NCBI GenBank assembly: GCA_001949185.1
Contig: BDGG01000002.1
Coordinates: 4,454,448-4,518,447 of the forward strand
Length of the DNA: 64,000 nt
Direction: 5' to 3'
Source of the DNA: Ramazzottius varieornatus
Lineage: Eukaryota > Animalia > Tardigrada
Shown: positions 13,394 through 27,471 of the stretch, one piece after another
How the letters are laid out: the number at the start of each line of letters is the position of its first letter
Numbering within the stretch: the stretch's first letter is position 1
Position numbers and translations under genes: made by a program
The notes under the pieces: model-generated
The model's input: only the letters and a program-made list of their open reading frames with translations
Database searches by the model: none
Told to the model about the DNA's origin: nothing

Positions 13394-13517
13394 GTATTTG
13401 GACGTCGGCAGATGAATTAAACATGATGGTTATTTCAAGTCGTACACTTTTCTATGTTATTGACTGGAAATCTGCGGCACTTGGGAAAACGATCAAGTTG
13501 AGTCAACGTCCCAATAC
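13394..13517. repeat. ~130 bp palindromic dispersed repeat, copy 1
   Basis: gtatttggacgtcggcagatgaattaaacatga...gcggcacttgggaaaacgatc...acgtcccaatac. Confidence 0.75.
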
Positions 13518-14739
13518 TTCGCATGGTGTAAAGTAACTTCCGCCATCAAGTTCACGCATATGTTCGGTCTTTTGGCCAACATTTTGATTAGACAGCATGA
13601 AGTCAACTGAGGTTTCTTCAGATAACTTATTTTCTTGTGGGGGAAGGAGGAAGACAGTAATGGAAAAGTCGAGATGCTTCGTACGGGGAATGCAACTACA
13701 TGGTCAAGACTGCGTCCACTAGATTGACACTGTCAGTTGCAAGACGAGTTTTGCTGTTGCGAAAATATAGTCAGGAAGGAAAGTGTTGGTCAGAAAGGAA
13801 GTGGTGGCCGGAACTGGTGCTGCGACGAAACGGTTGTCGTGTGTATCATCTTCTCCCTGGATTCCACATAAACGAACATAGTAAACTCGATCATTGTTAT
13901 TCCGAACGAGGCTCCATGTGGCTCGCATTAATTTATACGTCCTTTGTAGAGACATCTGTCAAAGACGCGTTACTTGTTGCAAGTATACCATCCTTGTCTG
14001 ATAGGTTAGACGCTTCTTTATGTCGTGATTGATGTGCCCTTGAACAGTTTTTCCCATTTGGCAAAGTTCGATCGATCTGCCGACACTTTCGTTACCATCA
14101 ACAGAAACGTGACGCCTTTCCTCTTTGTCTGCTGCCGCACGAAAACACGTTTCCTCTTAAATTATGCATATGGTGGAAACGATGAACTGTTGGTCGATGG
14201 ACGATAGGGACGTTTTTCTTTGATGTACTGATAGGAAGTTGAGGAAATATAATGCCGACTGCGCCCTTCTTCCAAATTGTGGACAGGGCAATTTCCTGGT
14301 CGCCTGACACTCCCGTCCAACTTCCTCCTGCCAGCTGATAAGACCGAATCTTAAAATAAGGAATGGAGAGTAACCCGGTGATTGATAAGCTTGATACTCT
14401 GCAAATGACAAGGGTTCCTGCATTGAATTGATCAATTAATGAGTGTGAATCTTCGATCGCTCGATAGGTTTGTCAGCTACAAAGACAGGTACAAAGACAT
14501 TTGCAATTGCCTGCACGTGTGTGGTCGGGCTTCTCTGGTCGTAATTAAAGAACCTATTGATATGTCGAAGGAAACTGTAGGAAAAATGCAGAGAAGAAGC
14601 TTTGCTATGGTATCAGCAACCAAATTCGTTTCGTGGAACTACAGTACAATAGAGCCTCCCACCTATCGAAATGATTAGACTGATTATGCGAATATCGACT
14701 CACGAGGAGTAATGACTAAGTTTCCTGTATTGTTTGCAG

Positions 14740-17700
14740 ATCCCGAGAAGATCATACCGTTCTACTTCACATTGGAACCCAGTGACGTCATCGCGGTACA
14801 CAACCAGGCTCTCAGGCTTGACTGCTCGACTTCCGCCCATCCTGAAGCCAGCATCCAATGGAAACGGGATGGCATACCGGTCAATCCTGTAGATGGGTAC
14901 AGGTACGACAAATTGATGAAAGCGAAGTTAGAACAGCTAATCCATGAATATAGAGCAACTGGACTCAGTGTGCGGATGTTATCGTCATCCTGTGCCACGC
15001 GTTTCCATACATTCAGCAAAACAGTGCCTTCCTGTCTTTAACAAAGGCTTGTTGTTACAGATCAGTATTATCAAATGGATCGCTATTCTTCTCCAAGATT
15101 ATTCACAGTCGAACGGATCGGCCAGATGCCTCCGGACCCCATATTGGTTCCTATCAGTGCAGTGCGACCAACCAGTTGGGCACTATCGTCAGTCGACCAG
15201 CCAAAGTGCAGCTCGCCTGTAAGTGGATTGTCGGCAAACGATTTCTCCCAGATCGTTTTTTCAAGTGGCGCATATTCGTATTGGAGTGGGCTGGGAGCTT
15301 GCGCCACTTAGCAAGACAATCTGGGTGAATTCATTTGCCGGCGTCCCAAGTATGTACGAGCCCAATGTGGGCACATGTGGCCAACGTTGGTCAAGCGTGT
15401 GCAATAAAAGGCGTTTGTTACAAGAGAATGCGCTTCATAATGCACCCAACACGTGTCAGCGCTCAGCGTCTGAATTATGGGACTGCTGAGGCGTCCAGCC
15501 GAGGCATTTCCTCCTGGCTGGACATACTGACAGATGGCCGCAGTCTTTATTGTTTCTTATAGACACATAAAACTTTCCTAAAGAAAAATCGATTGATGAA
15601 AGTTCGTGAGTCTGTGAGTTAGACGATCTTCCCAATGGTCAGTTCGCACATTCTGAAAGTCAGTACTTCGTTAGTTATTCTAAGCAGACACCATCGTTCA
15701 ACTCAATTTTCGGCGTAACGATCATGTTGCGGCATCCAGTTTCGCATTGAATTTGAGCGGAAATTGGGTCATTTAATGCCTGCCCGAAATTGAATATGGG
15801 AGTGAGTTCAGTAATTTGCTCTGCCGGCAGAAGTTTAGCACGTATAATCTTCCATGGTGTCATCTTTTTTGCATCGAGAGTCGATGCACGTATAATCTTC
15901 CATGGTCTCATCTTTTTTGCATCGAATCGAAGGTCCTAGTTTGCATCTCCGGTTGCCAGCAAGTTTGACCCTATGCGGATCATTATTGATTTGGGGAGCC
16001 TTTGCGGGTCAAATGGGCATTACTCTCTTTTGGGATTTAATTGTGTCCTCCAACCGGCATGTCAAGACGGCTCCCGCCGACCGCAAATAGTGGCATAAAC
16101 TGTTCAAGATGACGGAAAGAATGTTATTAAGAAGATAAAGTGCAGGGGAAGAAACGGCCAGAATGAGATCTGGACAGTTTAAAGAGCAGCCATTACACTT
16201 TACGACTGGACATCAAGAGCTCCTCCAGACACATATCATACTGACATGGGCAACTTTGTGATCGATACAGAGGCAGACATGCAACAATGAAATGAATTTT
16301 CCATTCGAATGCTATCATCAGTCAAATTTCTAACTTTATCCAAGACGACAGTTGTTGCAAATCTGACCTTATTCTTTCGTGCCTTTATGTGCAGCGCTTC
16401 CGCCATTTGACGATGAGCCACAGGATCAACGACGCAGCGAAGGCCAGACGATGCGCATGGCCTGCTTCGTCCCGGCCATTCCACCGCCCAAAGTCTCCTG
16501 GCTGAAGGATGATGGCCCGCTGCTTCTTGATGCCCGGATGTTTGTCCTGCCTAGTGGTGCTCTCGAGATTAGCCAGGTTCGCCCATCGGATGCCGGAAGT
16601 TACAAGTGCAACGTGGTCCACGCCGAAGGATCAAAGTTTAGTGCATCTGGCCGCTTGACCGTCGAACAAGACCCAGGTCAGTACTTCCGGCCTCGCTGAG
16701 TTTTGCTCGGATTAATTTTCTGTACTTATTCCACTGGTCTATGTAAACTAAATTTATGGTTGGAATTTTTAGACCCGGAAGCGGAAGCCCAGACGCCGAT
16801 ATTTCTGACTCGGCCAAAACTCCTGACTATCCGTCGCGGAAGTTCGACCACTTTGGAATGCGCAGCGAACGGCTTTCCCATTCCGACGATCAGCTGGATG
16901 AAGAATGGGTCGCCGGTTGTTCTCCAGTCAACTCGGTCCTACCTGGTTGGTCAAGGAAACTTGCACATCGACAGCGTACAGTTGGACGATGCCGGCCAGT
17001 ATGTCTGTACAGCGAAGAACTCCGGAGAGGCCGTCGAGATGGTCGTCACCCTTGACGTACAAGGTATGTTCTACTTGCGGTCCCAATCGAAGTCTGTTAT
17101 GATAAAACGCCTCTCATTCAACAGAACCACCATCGGTCGTCAAGAAACCGGCAGACATATATGGCCATAAGGACTCTGACGTGATGCTGGAATGTGAAAT
17201 TCGCGGAGCACCAGAACCTACCATCCAGTGGCTGAAGAACGGGGAGATAGTCATTCCGAGCGACTATTTCCAGGTGGACAGTGGAAGGAACCTTCGCATC
17301 CTCGGACTGGTCAAATCTGACGCTGGTGTCTACCAGTGTTTTGGCTCTAACCCGGCTGGGACTGTCCAAGCATCCGCCCAGCTTGTGGTCCTCGAAACAG
17401 GTATCTAGTTACGTTCTGTGATCGGTCCGTGTTATGGCTGCATGAAACGTTTTATTTCATTTTGTTTTTGTGTTGGTTATTTTCAGCCGCAAGGATTCCA
17501 TTGTATTATAAAGTGCGTGGTTCTCCCCTAGGTGCTTCTAGTCTATCCACTAACATTCCTTCAGCTCCGCGCGATCTGACTGCTAACGTTGTGAACTCTC
17601 GCTTTGTAACGCTTACGTGGCTCCCTCCGCTCTCCTCTAACAGCCCCGTCCTTACCTACTCTGTCTACTATAAAGAAGCGGGGTCCACGAGAGAAAGGGT

Positions 17701-20700
17701 CTTCAACACGTCAGCGGCCCATCTGGAAGCCAACATTCAAGGACTACGGCCGAGTACTGACTACGCTTTCCGATTAGTCGCATACAACGAGTTCGGACCT
17801 GGCGACAGCAGCAAAGAGTTCGTCGTACGAACAAATCCCGAAGGTACAGTGACATCGCTGTGTTGTCTTTCTGTGATTGAGATGTAAGCAACTGATATAA
17901 ACCAGACCGTTTTTCTAAGTGGCGCACACTTTCAGTCACTAACGATGAAACGTGCGCCACTTGAGATAACGGTTTGGTCAATTTCGTTTGCCCACGTATT
18001 ATTTCTCGCATCAACTTCCGGCTAACACCACAATGTCTTTCTGTTACAGTGGACACACCTGGACCTGTGACGAATCTCAAGGTCTATCCTCTGTCCAAGA
18101 ACGAGCTGAAGATTGAATGGGACCTTCCGCAGAGCAAAGTTGGCACCGTCCACAAATACAAGATATCCTACAGAGTCAAAGATCTTCAGAATACCCAAGA
18201 AGTAACAACGGAGAGCAGGCAGTACATCCTGAGCAGCTTGCATCCATACACCGAGTACGCCGTCAAGGTGTCAGCTGTATATCACAATGGTCCGACTGTG
18301 AGCTCGTCGGAAGTCACTGCGAGAACGTATTCGGATACTCCCACCGGGCCACCAGAAAACGCTCAGGTGGAACCCACTAGCGCAAATGTAAGTTCGACCA
18401 CACACACCAAGAAAGTTTTGTTAGTATTAGGAATAAACACGATAACATTGGTATTGCAGAGTGTGACTGTTCGATGGGAACCGCCAGCTGCCATGTCCCA
18501 AAACGGAGAGATCACAAGTTACCGAATACGTTATCGTATAAAGGGTAACAAAAAGGCAGATGTAGTCATGGCAGAAGGCGTTCGGCGGAACTACATCATT
18601 AGCGGCTTGGAGCGTGGACAGTCGTACGACGTTCGTATTGCCGCCATGAACGCAAACGGTACTGGACCGCCAACTGAGTGGATGAACGTGGAGACCTTCC
18701 GTGACGACCTGGACGAGCTACGGGTCCCTGGCCAGCCTGCTTCTTTACGCATAAGGCCTACGGCTAAAAGTGTGGTTGTCAACTGGTCTCCGCCAAACGA
18801 CGGAAACGTGGTCGTCAGAGGCTACACCATTGGATGGGGAGTGGGTATCCCGGACATATATGTGAGGACCGTTGATAGCAGAGAACGAACGCTTTCTATC
18901 GACGAGCTAGGTAAGGCAAAACGACAGGTTTTGCCAAGACCGTAACTTCTGTCTTGCATTCATCCTGCTTCTATCTATTTGTGGAACTTTACAGAGCCCG
19001 GAGCAGAGTATGTCGTCAGCGTCCGAGCATTTAACAACATGGGAGATGGGCGACCGACATATGAGACTGTGACAACGAAGCTTCCGTCAGGTATGTATCA
19101 TTAATGCGGTCGCTTTGGCGGTTGCATTTGATAATAGACAAGTTGGTTTTGATCATAGCTCCGTCGGACCACGGACATGAGACGATGCTGCCCCCTCTCG
19201 GACTGCAAGCCATCGTCATCTCAGAGTCCACCGTCATCCTCAAATGGACAGACTCTTCGTTGCCATCTGGACTAACGCCTTCAGATAACCGATTCTACAC
19301 AGTCCGTTATTCTCGCCTGGGTAACGACGGACAGAAACCAAAGACTATCGACTCCAGCGAGCTGGAAACACCCATCGACGGCTTGCGTCCTAACACGATG
19401 TACATGTTCGAAGTCCGAGTGACCAAGGGCAAGATGCAAAGTACCTGGAGCCTCAGCGTAACCAACCGTACCTTCGAAGCCGGTAAGCTCTTCTGGACGA
19501 ACAAGACCTCTTAAAGAATCGTGATGTAAACATGGAATTAACCAAGAATTTGCGTTCAGCTCCTTCGTCGTATCCACGAGATCTGACGGTAATGCCAATG
19601 CAATCGAATCCGACCTCAGTCATCGTGAATTACTTTCAACCTGATCAACCCAATGGTTTGATCACTGGCTATGTCATCTTCTTTACGTCGGACAACTCGC
19701 AAAACGACCGTGACTGGGCGGTGGAAGGCGTCGTTGGGGATAAGTTAACCACCGTGATTCGAGGCCTGACGCCCAACACCAAGTACTACTTCAAAATTCA
19801 AGCAAGGACCAGCAAAGGCTACGGACCACTGTCACCTGTCGTCTCCTACACGACGCCGGTGGAAGAACCGGGAGCTCTACAATCAGAAGGCACGTCACCA
19901 TAATCCTGATTGAAACTGATGGACGGGTATTCTAATCAAGCTCTTGACGTTACAGATAGTCAAGGGACGTCAGTGTTCATGTTGTATGTCATCATTGGAG
20001 GCGTCGTTGGACTGATAATAGCGATCATTGTCATAGCGGCAGTTGGAATCTTCTGCTGCAAGAGGAGGAAGAAAGGATCTTCAAGGAAACAGTAAGTACA
20101 GTACCTGGAACTGCGTTTCTAATACCATTAACTTGAAAGGTGGGATGTGCTGATGTTGTTTGTTATGACCTGTAGGACTAACGGCTATAAACCCGGAAAG
20201 AAAGGAAAACATGACCTGAATAACCCCGATCTCAAGCCGCCGGATTTGTGGGTTCATCATAATGAAAACATGGAGCTGAAGCACCCAGGAGAGAAGTCTT
20301 CACATGAGATTGTCCCTATCTTGAAGCATTCGAACGAATATACCAACAATATCAACCTCTCAGCCACGCTCGACCGACTTCAAAAACGGACCAATTCCGT
20401 TGTCGGTACGTTGAAAGAAACAACGGCATGAAAATCTTGTTGAAAATTGAGACAGTACAGCACACGAAAGACAACATTTTGGAAACTGTCAACCAAATCG
20501 AACCTCAATCAGCGCTTTATAGTATATCATCCTTGTTTTATGCAGATATCAAAAACAATATCGACGGAAAGATGTACAACGACACGAGCAAGTTCAACAG
20601 CTTGTCGCGACGAGGTGTTCATCGGCCATTGTTGATCCCGCTGGATCATCAGTCTCCACGTGAGTCGCGCCTTTCCTCATTGGTGCTTGTTCGATAACCC

Positions 20701-21729
20701 CAGAGATTACCAGAAGTCTCTCTTCATTTAGCCATCGGGACAAATGGAGCATTCCCCAACAACAGCGTTAACAACCGTCCGCCGGATTCCATGCAGCGCA
20801 ACATTTTCCCACGCCAGCCGCCCATGCTCAACCAGCAGCGACTGCCGATGATCGAGTCTAGTCCACATCAGTCTCTGGCATCACCTGACCCATCAACTCC
20901 AAGTACCACGGCCGGATATGATAGGGCCAGTTCGGGAGACCAAATGATCTCCGGGTCGGATACTCTTCGTTCCGGTACTCACCGTAATCCTCATCCGTTG
21001 AAGAGCTTCAGCGTTCCCGCTCCGCCACCACAAGGAACCGTCATTCTCCCTGCAAGCGGAACACCAAGGCATTCAGGTAACAGGGCATGAAGACTCTTTC
21101 AGCCAGATTTCTTTCTAGACCAACAAACAATCTTGTTTTAGTCTTTTCACGTTTTCTTGCGTCTGTAAATCATAACAATCGGGGCGTGGGCAAATGACTA
21201 GAACAGAATCGCTTTCTCAAGAGGCGCAAACTCCCAGCCAGGATCAGTAAGACCGCACGCCACTTGGGGATAACAATCTTGTTGAATGCGTTTGCCGACA
21301 TCCCATTTTCGATTCAACAATAAGCGTGTTTCTTTTCTTCAGCAATTAAACAGTCGGCGCCCCTTTCAAGTCAACCCAGCGGTTACGGCATGATCCCGTC
21401 TTCCTTGACTAATGGCGGAAGCCCGTACAAAAGGTCGCCCATGACGGTGTCGATACAGAACCAAGCGGCGAGGCGGTCTCCTAAGCCGCCGGTTACGTTC
21501 GCTGATAGGCTTCCAACCAGAGACGATGGACATCCGACGGTAATGCCTCGAACCTTTTCTTGAGATGACGCGGTAGGGACAAAGTTCATTAGTAGTACTA
21601 TAATTCGAGCGTTTCTTTTTATAGCGAACCTTCAGCTCCGAAGAGCTCTCCCTGGAAGAGGCCAACTTGGAAGCCCTAATGAAGGATCTGAATGCCATCA
21701 CTGCCGCTTCTTCCGAGTTTAATTGCTGA
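14740..21729 (+). CDS. fra: Netrin receptor frazzled/DCC/neogenin/UNC-40 (4 Ig, 6 FN3, TM, P1-P3); first exon(s) lie upstream
   Basis: Ig exons at 14740-14902, 15061-15218, 16395-16676, 16773-17063 and 17125-17400. FN3 exons at ~17487-19889. TM exon 19956-20091 (YVIIGGVVGLIIAIIVIAAVGIFCC). P1 DLKPPDLWVHHNENMELK, P2 HPLKSFSVP, P3 EEANLEALMKDLNAIT, stop at 21727-21729. Confidence 0.95.
15222..15350. repeat. ~130 bp palindromic dispersed repeat, copy 2 (abuts a DCC splice donor)
   Basis: agtggattgtcggcaaacg...caagtggcgca...tgcgccactt...catttgccggcgtcccaag, with TA on both sides. Confidence 0.8.
15838..15930. repeat. 48 bp tandem duplication in a DCC intron
   Basis: gcacgtataatcttccatggt(g/c)tcatcttttttgcatcga starts at both 15838 and 15886. 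Confidence 0.9.
17880..17997. repeat. ~130 bp palindromic dispersed repeat, copy 3 (DCC intron)
   Basis: accagaccgtttttctaagtggcgcac-loop-gtgcgccacttgagataacggtttggt. Confidence 0.8.
21179..21306. repeat. ~130 bp palindromic dispersed repeat, copy 4 (DCC intron)
   Basis: ggggcgtgggcaaatgac...caagaggcgca...cgccacttgggg...tttgccgacatccca. Confidence 0.8.
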
Positions 21730-23138
21730 TCTGAGTATTGGCGCCATTACTTTTTTGCTGCTTTCTCGGTAATCAGATACTCTAAATAATATAAATCTCT
21801 TGTTAATTACTTGTGGACCAATAATGTTTTTGCTCCGAAGCTATTTTATTGTTTTAGCTGCACATTGTGCATCTTGTTTGTACACTAGAACCACGTATTG
21901 GTCTGACGGAATTTCACTTCATGTCCTGGAAAGTGTTTGTGTTTTTAGCAGTGTTTCAGCTTTCGAAACGTGCGCATTTTTCAAATTCGCTGCGGCCAAC
22001 CTTTGAATTTTATTTACCTTTGTATTTCTTTATTTTGATAGCTGATACAGTACAAGACAACGTCAGTGGTGTGAACGTCTCTTTGGAAGCCATCTCGCTG
22101 ACTTTCGGTGTTCGCGGCATGGAGAACTTGCTGGCGTGATGCTGTGTTGCGCTTGTGAGAAGAATCAGAAGATGATCTCTATCTGCTGGTTAATAAATTC
22201 GTAGTCGGGACATCCACGCGGAATTCGTCCACGGGGCACGGATGGTCATTTTCCGCTTTTGAGCAGACGATTCTTTGACGGGGTAGGTCTTGAGTTGAGT
22301 GGCGGAACCTCCGATGGATTCTCTGTATCCGGATATTGGACGGGCATGCAGTATGCGAATTATCCTCAATCAAAAGGCTAGAGTTTCCTACAGGATCGGG
22401 ATTACACACCTGTCTGTGGAGAGTGTGTAGGACAATGCAGGTCTGCTAATTCCGTTGCGTCGTCTGCTGAAAGTTTTCTGCAGCAGTAACTGGCAGATTA
22501 TCCTGCCTCCTTCAGCGCGGGTAAGAGCTCTTGGTCCCCTCCATGCACACTGGTGATTGCTTGAGCTTGTGATGTTTTGTCTGGCCGAGCGGGGTTCCAT
22601 CGTACTGTACGTCGGTCGAGGAACCCGCAGCCACTCAGACGCCCCATAAGCCGCTCGAGCGAGCTGCTTACCGTATCGTAATGATGTGTGGGTTTTCGAA
22701 ACTTATGAAGAAGCCATCCAGAACAATCCTTCTGTATCGCCGTACCTTTTTCTCGAATGAAACGTCCTGCCTTTTTATCCGCTTAGTCCATTGACTGAGT
22801 CCTAATGAGTTGAAAGTACCTGCTGAATTGGTAATGAGACTATTCCCATCGAGTATTCCTGTCTGCCATTAAAGGCACAGTACGTCGTCCTTAATCATTG
22901 ATATGCTTGGCAGCCAGTCTCCCGCAGCTTTTTGAAAGATGTCGACTCTTGCCTAAGCGACCGATCTGTACACTAAAGAGCATAGTTGAGCTCTTGACTT
23001 GAGTTCCTTGTGTCAGCATCTTTTTGCGTCTGCCCTTCCGGCATCGATCCGAGCATGCTCAAATTGTCTTGACTGTGCGGATAACCTCGGAACTGCTGCA
23101 AGGGCTTTCCAAGACGCAGATACATCTCCCGTACTCCA

Positions 23139-25582
23139 ATGGATCCACGGCAAGATCCCATTGTGCCAGAAGCAGATATCCAGTTCGCCAAGAGAGGGGA
23201 AGAATACGGTATGGAATACATTAGCGGTCAGCATTGCGCGAACGATACAATGCCTCCAATCAACGCGAAAGTTTTATACTTTGTAAACGTCATCAATGCT
23301 CTGATTTGCTTCGTCGGATTAACCGGGAACATTTTGGTGGTAAGTCAGAGTGAACTGCCTGATTCTGTTCGTGCTATGAGCTTATAATGTCTTCCTGGGG
23401 AACCAGGTGGATCGGGAAGCTTATCTATCTGATTGAAACGTCTTCTTTATCGTTTGCAGTTCTACGTTGTCTGCCGCTTTTCAAAGATGCAGACTGTAAC
23501 TAACTTTTTCATCTTGATGCTGGCTATAGCAGATGTCGCTTTTCTGGTGAATATTCCCTTCCTGATGACGACATCCTTCCTGGAAAACTGGCCTTTCGGA
23601 AATCTGTACTGCAAAATGTAAGAAATCCAAAATAAAGAAAGAATTCCTCGCTATTGTGCGCCGATCCAGGGGCAGGTGCTACTAGTTAGATTACAAGTTG
23701 TGAAGGAAAAAGTGTACAATCTTCTGTTTCTCATTTACTGTCTCGCAAATGGAAAAAATAGACAGCGAAATATGCAACGTGACAAGTGCAACGTAGGCAA
23801 ATGAATTGAACCGGAATACTATGTCAAGTCGCGCACGTTTTCGTTGCAATTAGTTTAGGGCGTGCGCCACAAGCAGAAACGATCTGGCTTAAATTCATTT
23901 ACCACGGCCTAGTTGAATATTCACAACATTCTGGATGAATACAGCAGATATCTTTATTGTTCCAGATATTATTCCATGAGCACGGTCAACCAGTTTGCAT
24001 CCAGCTTTTTCCTGGTCACAATGAGCGCGGATCGATACGTAGCCATTTGGTACGTGAGCTAAGTTTTGATTGCTTATTAAATTTGATTGGTTGCGTCAGG
24101 TAAAATTTGATGAATGAAAATCGAACACCTTAATCACATTACGCACAATTCTCCAAAATCCGTGAATATCCTCATTCCGCGCTTAACGGTAAATGCTCCT
24201 GTTCGTAGTTTGCCAATTCGCGGACGTAGGATAAGAACAACCAAAGCAGCTGTTTTGGTGTGCTGCATCGTTTGGGCGCTGGCAATCATGCTAAGTAGGT
24301 TCCATTGAATTTTGAAATTTCCATCAACGTGTACTGGTATTAGATTTATTATATAAATTTTCTCGTTCTAGTGTACCCAGTCTTTCTATACGCAGAAACC
24401 GACTCTGCCGTCGACGGTTCAGTTACGCACTGCAACATCTTTTGGTGAGCTCACGCTAGATTACATTGAATTATAATTTGAGTTAAACTCTGCAATTCGG
24501 ATCAACACTTTAATCGCTTTGCCCGATTAGGCCCGATTACTATATGTTTTCCGGCAATCATGCCTTTGTTCTGTACTGCTTCGTTTTGGGATACGCATTT
24601 CCGGTCCTCTTCATGCTGACCTTCTACGGCTTAGGTACCTTTCGTTTACTGACAACTAAGTAAATTGTAAGGAAAATTTTGATGGACCTGCGTTCACAGT
24701 AATCAACAAGCTGAGAACCCGTAGCCGGTTCCAGAGAGCTCTGTCTTCTTCACCGAACAACAAACCTCCCTCTACCATCAAACGGAGGAACCGGCTTCGA
24801 CGAGTTACCGTTATGATCTTTGTCGTCATTCTAGTCTATCTGCTCTGCTGGACTCCGTACTGGTACCCAAACCTTTCCCAGTCAAAGTTTCATTTCGCTA
24901 TAAGGGTATACTGTAACTTGGGTTCTTCGACAGGGGGAGCCAGCTGTACATCACATTCAACCCGTCCAACCAACTCAACCATCTCATGGGATGCCCAATG
25001 ACTTTAGCGGAAGTCCAAGCCAGTCAATGGATCGTGTACACTTCACTAATCCTGCAATGTCTTTGTTTCGCAAATTCCGCTGTAAACCCGATTCTGTACG
25101 CTGTGCTAAGTGAAAACTTCAAGAAAAGCTATGCTAAGGCTTGTGGAAGATCACCCAAGTTCGACGAAGCTCCCTCTTCGCATATGCTGAGAGTACCCAG
25201 CTGGCGTACCGAGGCCGGTTCCCAGTATCAGCCTACTATTGTAGGGGACGATGAGGACCCATCAGATGGCGAGGATGAGGAGCACAGACGATTGTCTGAT
25301 CGACAGCTGCGGATTCCTTCCTACACCTCGCCTTCGACCCGTGTTACATCCTGCAACAGCACGGAACGAAACCATCCACCTGCTCCACGAAGCCACACCA
25401 TGGATCAGAGAATAGGTGCTGGAGGAGAACTGCAGCTGTTTGTCGAACCACGACCGATCTTGCGGGGAGAACTACTGGCATCTTTCCAGATCACAGCCTG
25501 GGCACCGCTAACCGGAAAAAACCCTGTTGTCACCAGGAAGACCCTCCAAACTACCTTCCAAATGGCTAGTGCGGAAGAATAA
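23139..25582 (+). CDS. Class A peptide GPCR, allatostatin-C / somatostatin receptor-like; about 8 exons
   Basis: TM1 ICFVGLTGNILV, RFSKMQTVTNFFILMLAIAD, WPFGNLYCK, NQFASSFFLVTMSADRYVAIC, TM6 YLLCWTPYW, TM7 FANSAVNPILYAVLSENFKKSY. Splice phases checked at several junctions are consistent. Confidence 0.88.
23787..23911. repeat. ~130 bp palindromic dispersed repeat, copy 5 (GPCR intron)
   Basis: acgtaggcaaatgaattgaacc...caagtcgcgcac...gtgcgccac...aaacgatctgg...ttcattt. Confidence 0.7.
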
Positions 25583-27471
25583 AGAAACTCTGTGTGATAC
25601 GAGCGCAACTCTGGTTGTTCCTCTGCACAGTGGTCCAAATGAGCTGCTACGGGTGATTCGCCATACATGAACTAGAAAGCTGGCTTTCGTCATAGGGGGC
25701 ACCACTTGTGATCTTTCCCCTGTTCCTACTACGCTCCATCTTTATGTTACGTTTTTTGTATTTGTACTTCGGTAAACTAATCGGCGAGATATTCGGGTGC
25801 AGTTTGAATCATTGTTTCAGGCAGCAATGTGAAGAAGAACATTACAGGGACGAGCAGATGTAGAGGTGAGCTTGACGTACCTCGGCGTCAGCACACGCGT
25901 GTGCGGTATCCAGTTTGCAAAGCCAGTTTCTGGAAACCGTTTTTGCAAACATTAAGAACTCCTGCGAGTTCGAAACACATTACAGTAAATCCTTCATTCG
26001 ATTGTTTCTCAGTGCAAAGAATAGAAGTTTCTCGCTTGCAGATACTGAACGAAGGTAGTGAGATGTCTGCCATCGAGGTCTCCGATGTCACTCTGTACGT
26101 ATATGTTTTACTGTGGACTGTAGGGGGCGTTGCCAGCGTTCCTGTTTCTTCAAGCTAGAAGACACTCAGATTAAATTCTACTTTTTCGGCACCTCGCATG
26201 AAAAGCTTTGAGTATTTTAGAGGTACACAAGCTAAAGAGTGTTTGGCCCTTAAACAGCACCTTAGAGGCGATCGTAAAACATGTCGAAATTACGGGTACC
26301 ATATATTCAAGTTGGAAATAACACGGCTATATCTCAGCCGGAGTGTCGGTAATAAATTTCACAATTGAACATCTAGCCTGACGTACCTTCCACTCTATCA
26401 CGCCAGTGCACCGCAAGTTCGTAGGTATGACGTATTAATTTCGAGGTAGTAAAAGTTGATAACATAGAAGTCCGTCTTTTGCGCCACTTCAAATTATTTC
26501 TCCGGGCAGACCTAAAATAGGCACCCAAAAACTGACTTCCGCTAGGCAGCAGTTCAGACCGAATTCCTTTTAACTTATAATTTTGTATCGTCTTCGTTAT
26601 CAAAGGATGGCCTACCGTTGTATAGTAAGCGCCGGTGAATACGAGATGAGGCTTACTTTGTACGATAACGGCTGATGAGTGTGGACTGGGTGGTTCTCTT
26701 CCATAAAGCAAAGTGGGACCTGATTAAAAATCAAACTATAGGCAGATCATGGCGTAAAGTATTTATTAGGCTTATCATTTTCCACTTGGGCAGAGTGACT
26801 GAAGGGATTTTCTGGATCATCAATAAGTCTTGGTCTCGCTGAAAGATTAGCCGCACCCGTTGCAGGCCATTACTATCGAAACGGAGGCCTTTTACCGGTT
26901 GACGCTCCCAAAGGATTCACGCTGCTTTCGTTTGACTCCAATTTATTTCGTGATAAGCGTATCAGGCTATATATATCTCCGTCAATGATGGCTCAATGTT
27001 AGCTAATAGAGTTGTGAGGAGATTTCAATTACGACGTTATTGCCTAACCATTAAACGATGCCTTATTCGACAGATCCGCGTTTGACTATGAGGGAAAATT
27101 GGATATGATCATCGCAGTGGGGTGTCGTGGCGGCGCCCAAGATGAAAAGTTGCCGTCTCAGCCGCGTCGTCTGTAAACAGAGTCACCAAGCTGCCTATCT
27201 ACGCTATCTGCCATACCAAATAGCGTACAACTAGCAATCACGAATGTGAAAAGCCGAATATTACTGTTTGTTCCATTACATCTTTCGCCTAATATAAATC
27301 ATGAGATGCCCAACAGTCATTCGATATGACTTTTATCTGTTTGTCGCAAGATGGCCTTTATAAATACGCCTTGTCAGAGGCATAGACTTTTGTACCGCTG
27401 TACAGCCGATAAACCGGAGAAAAAGCTGTACGTGGCTTCCAAGTCAACTTGGTTTTTTTAAAGTGCGCCTG

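Noticed and set aside
5500-14700. Many short ORFs upstream of the first DCC Ig exon (similar ones at 25.6-32 kb, 33.4-38 kb and 40.5-49 kb)
   Set aside because: No recognisable domains or coherent exon chains; consistent with introns and regulatory DNA.
18388-18459. Apparent 24 aa insertion in a DCC FN3 domain in the ORF track
   Set aside because: It is a 72 nt GTAAGT...CAG intron that happens to be in frame and stop-free.
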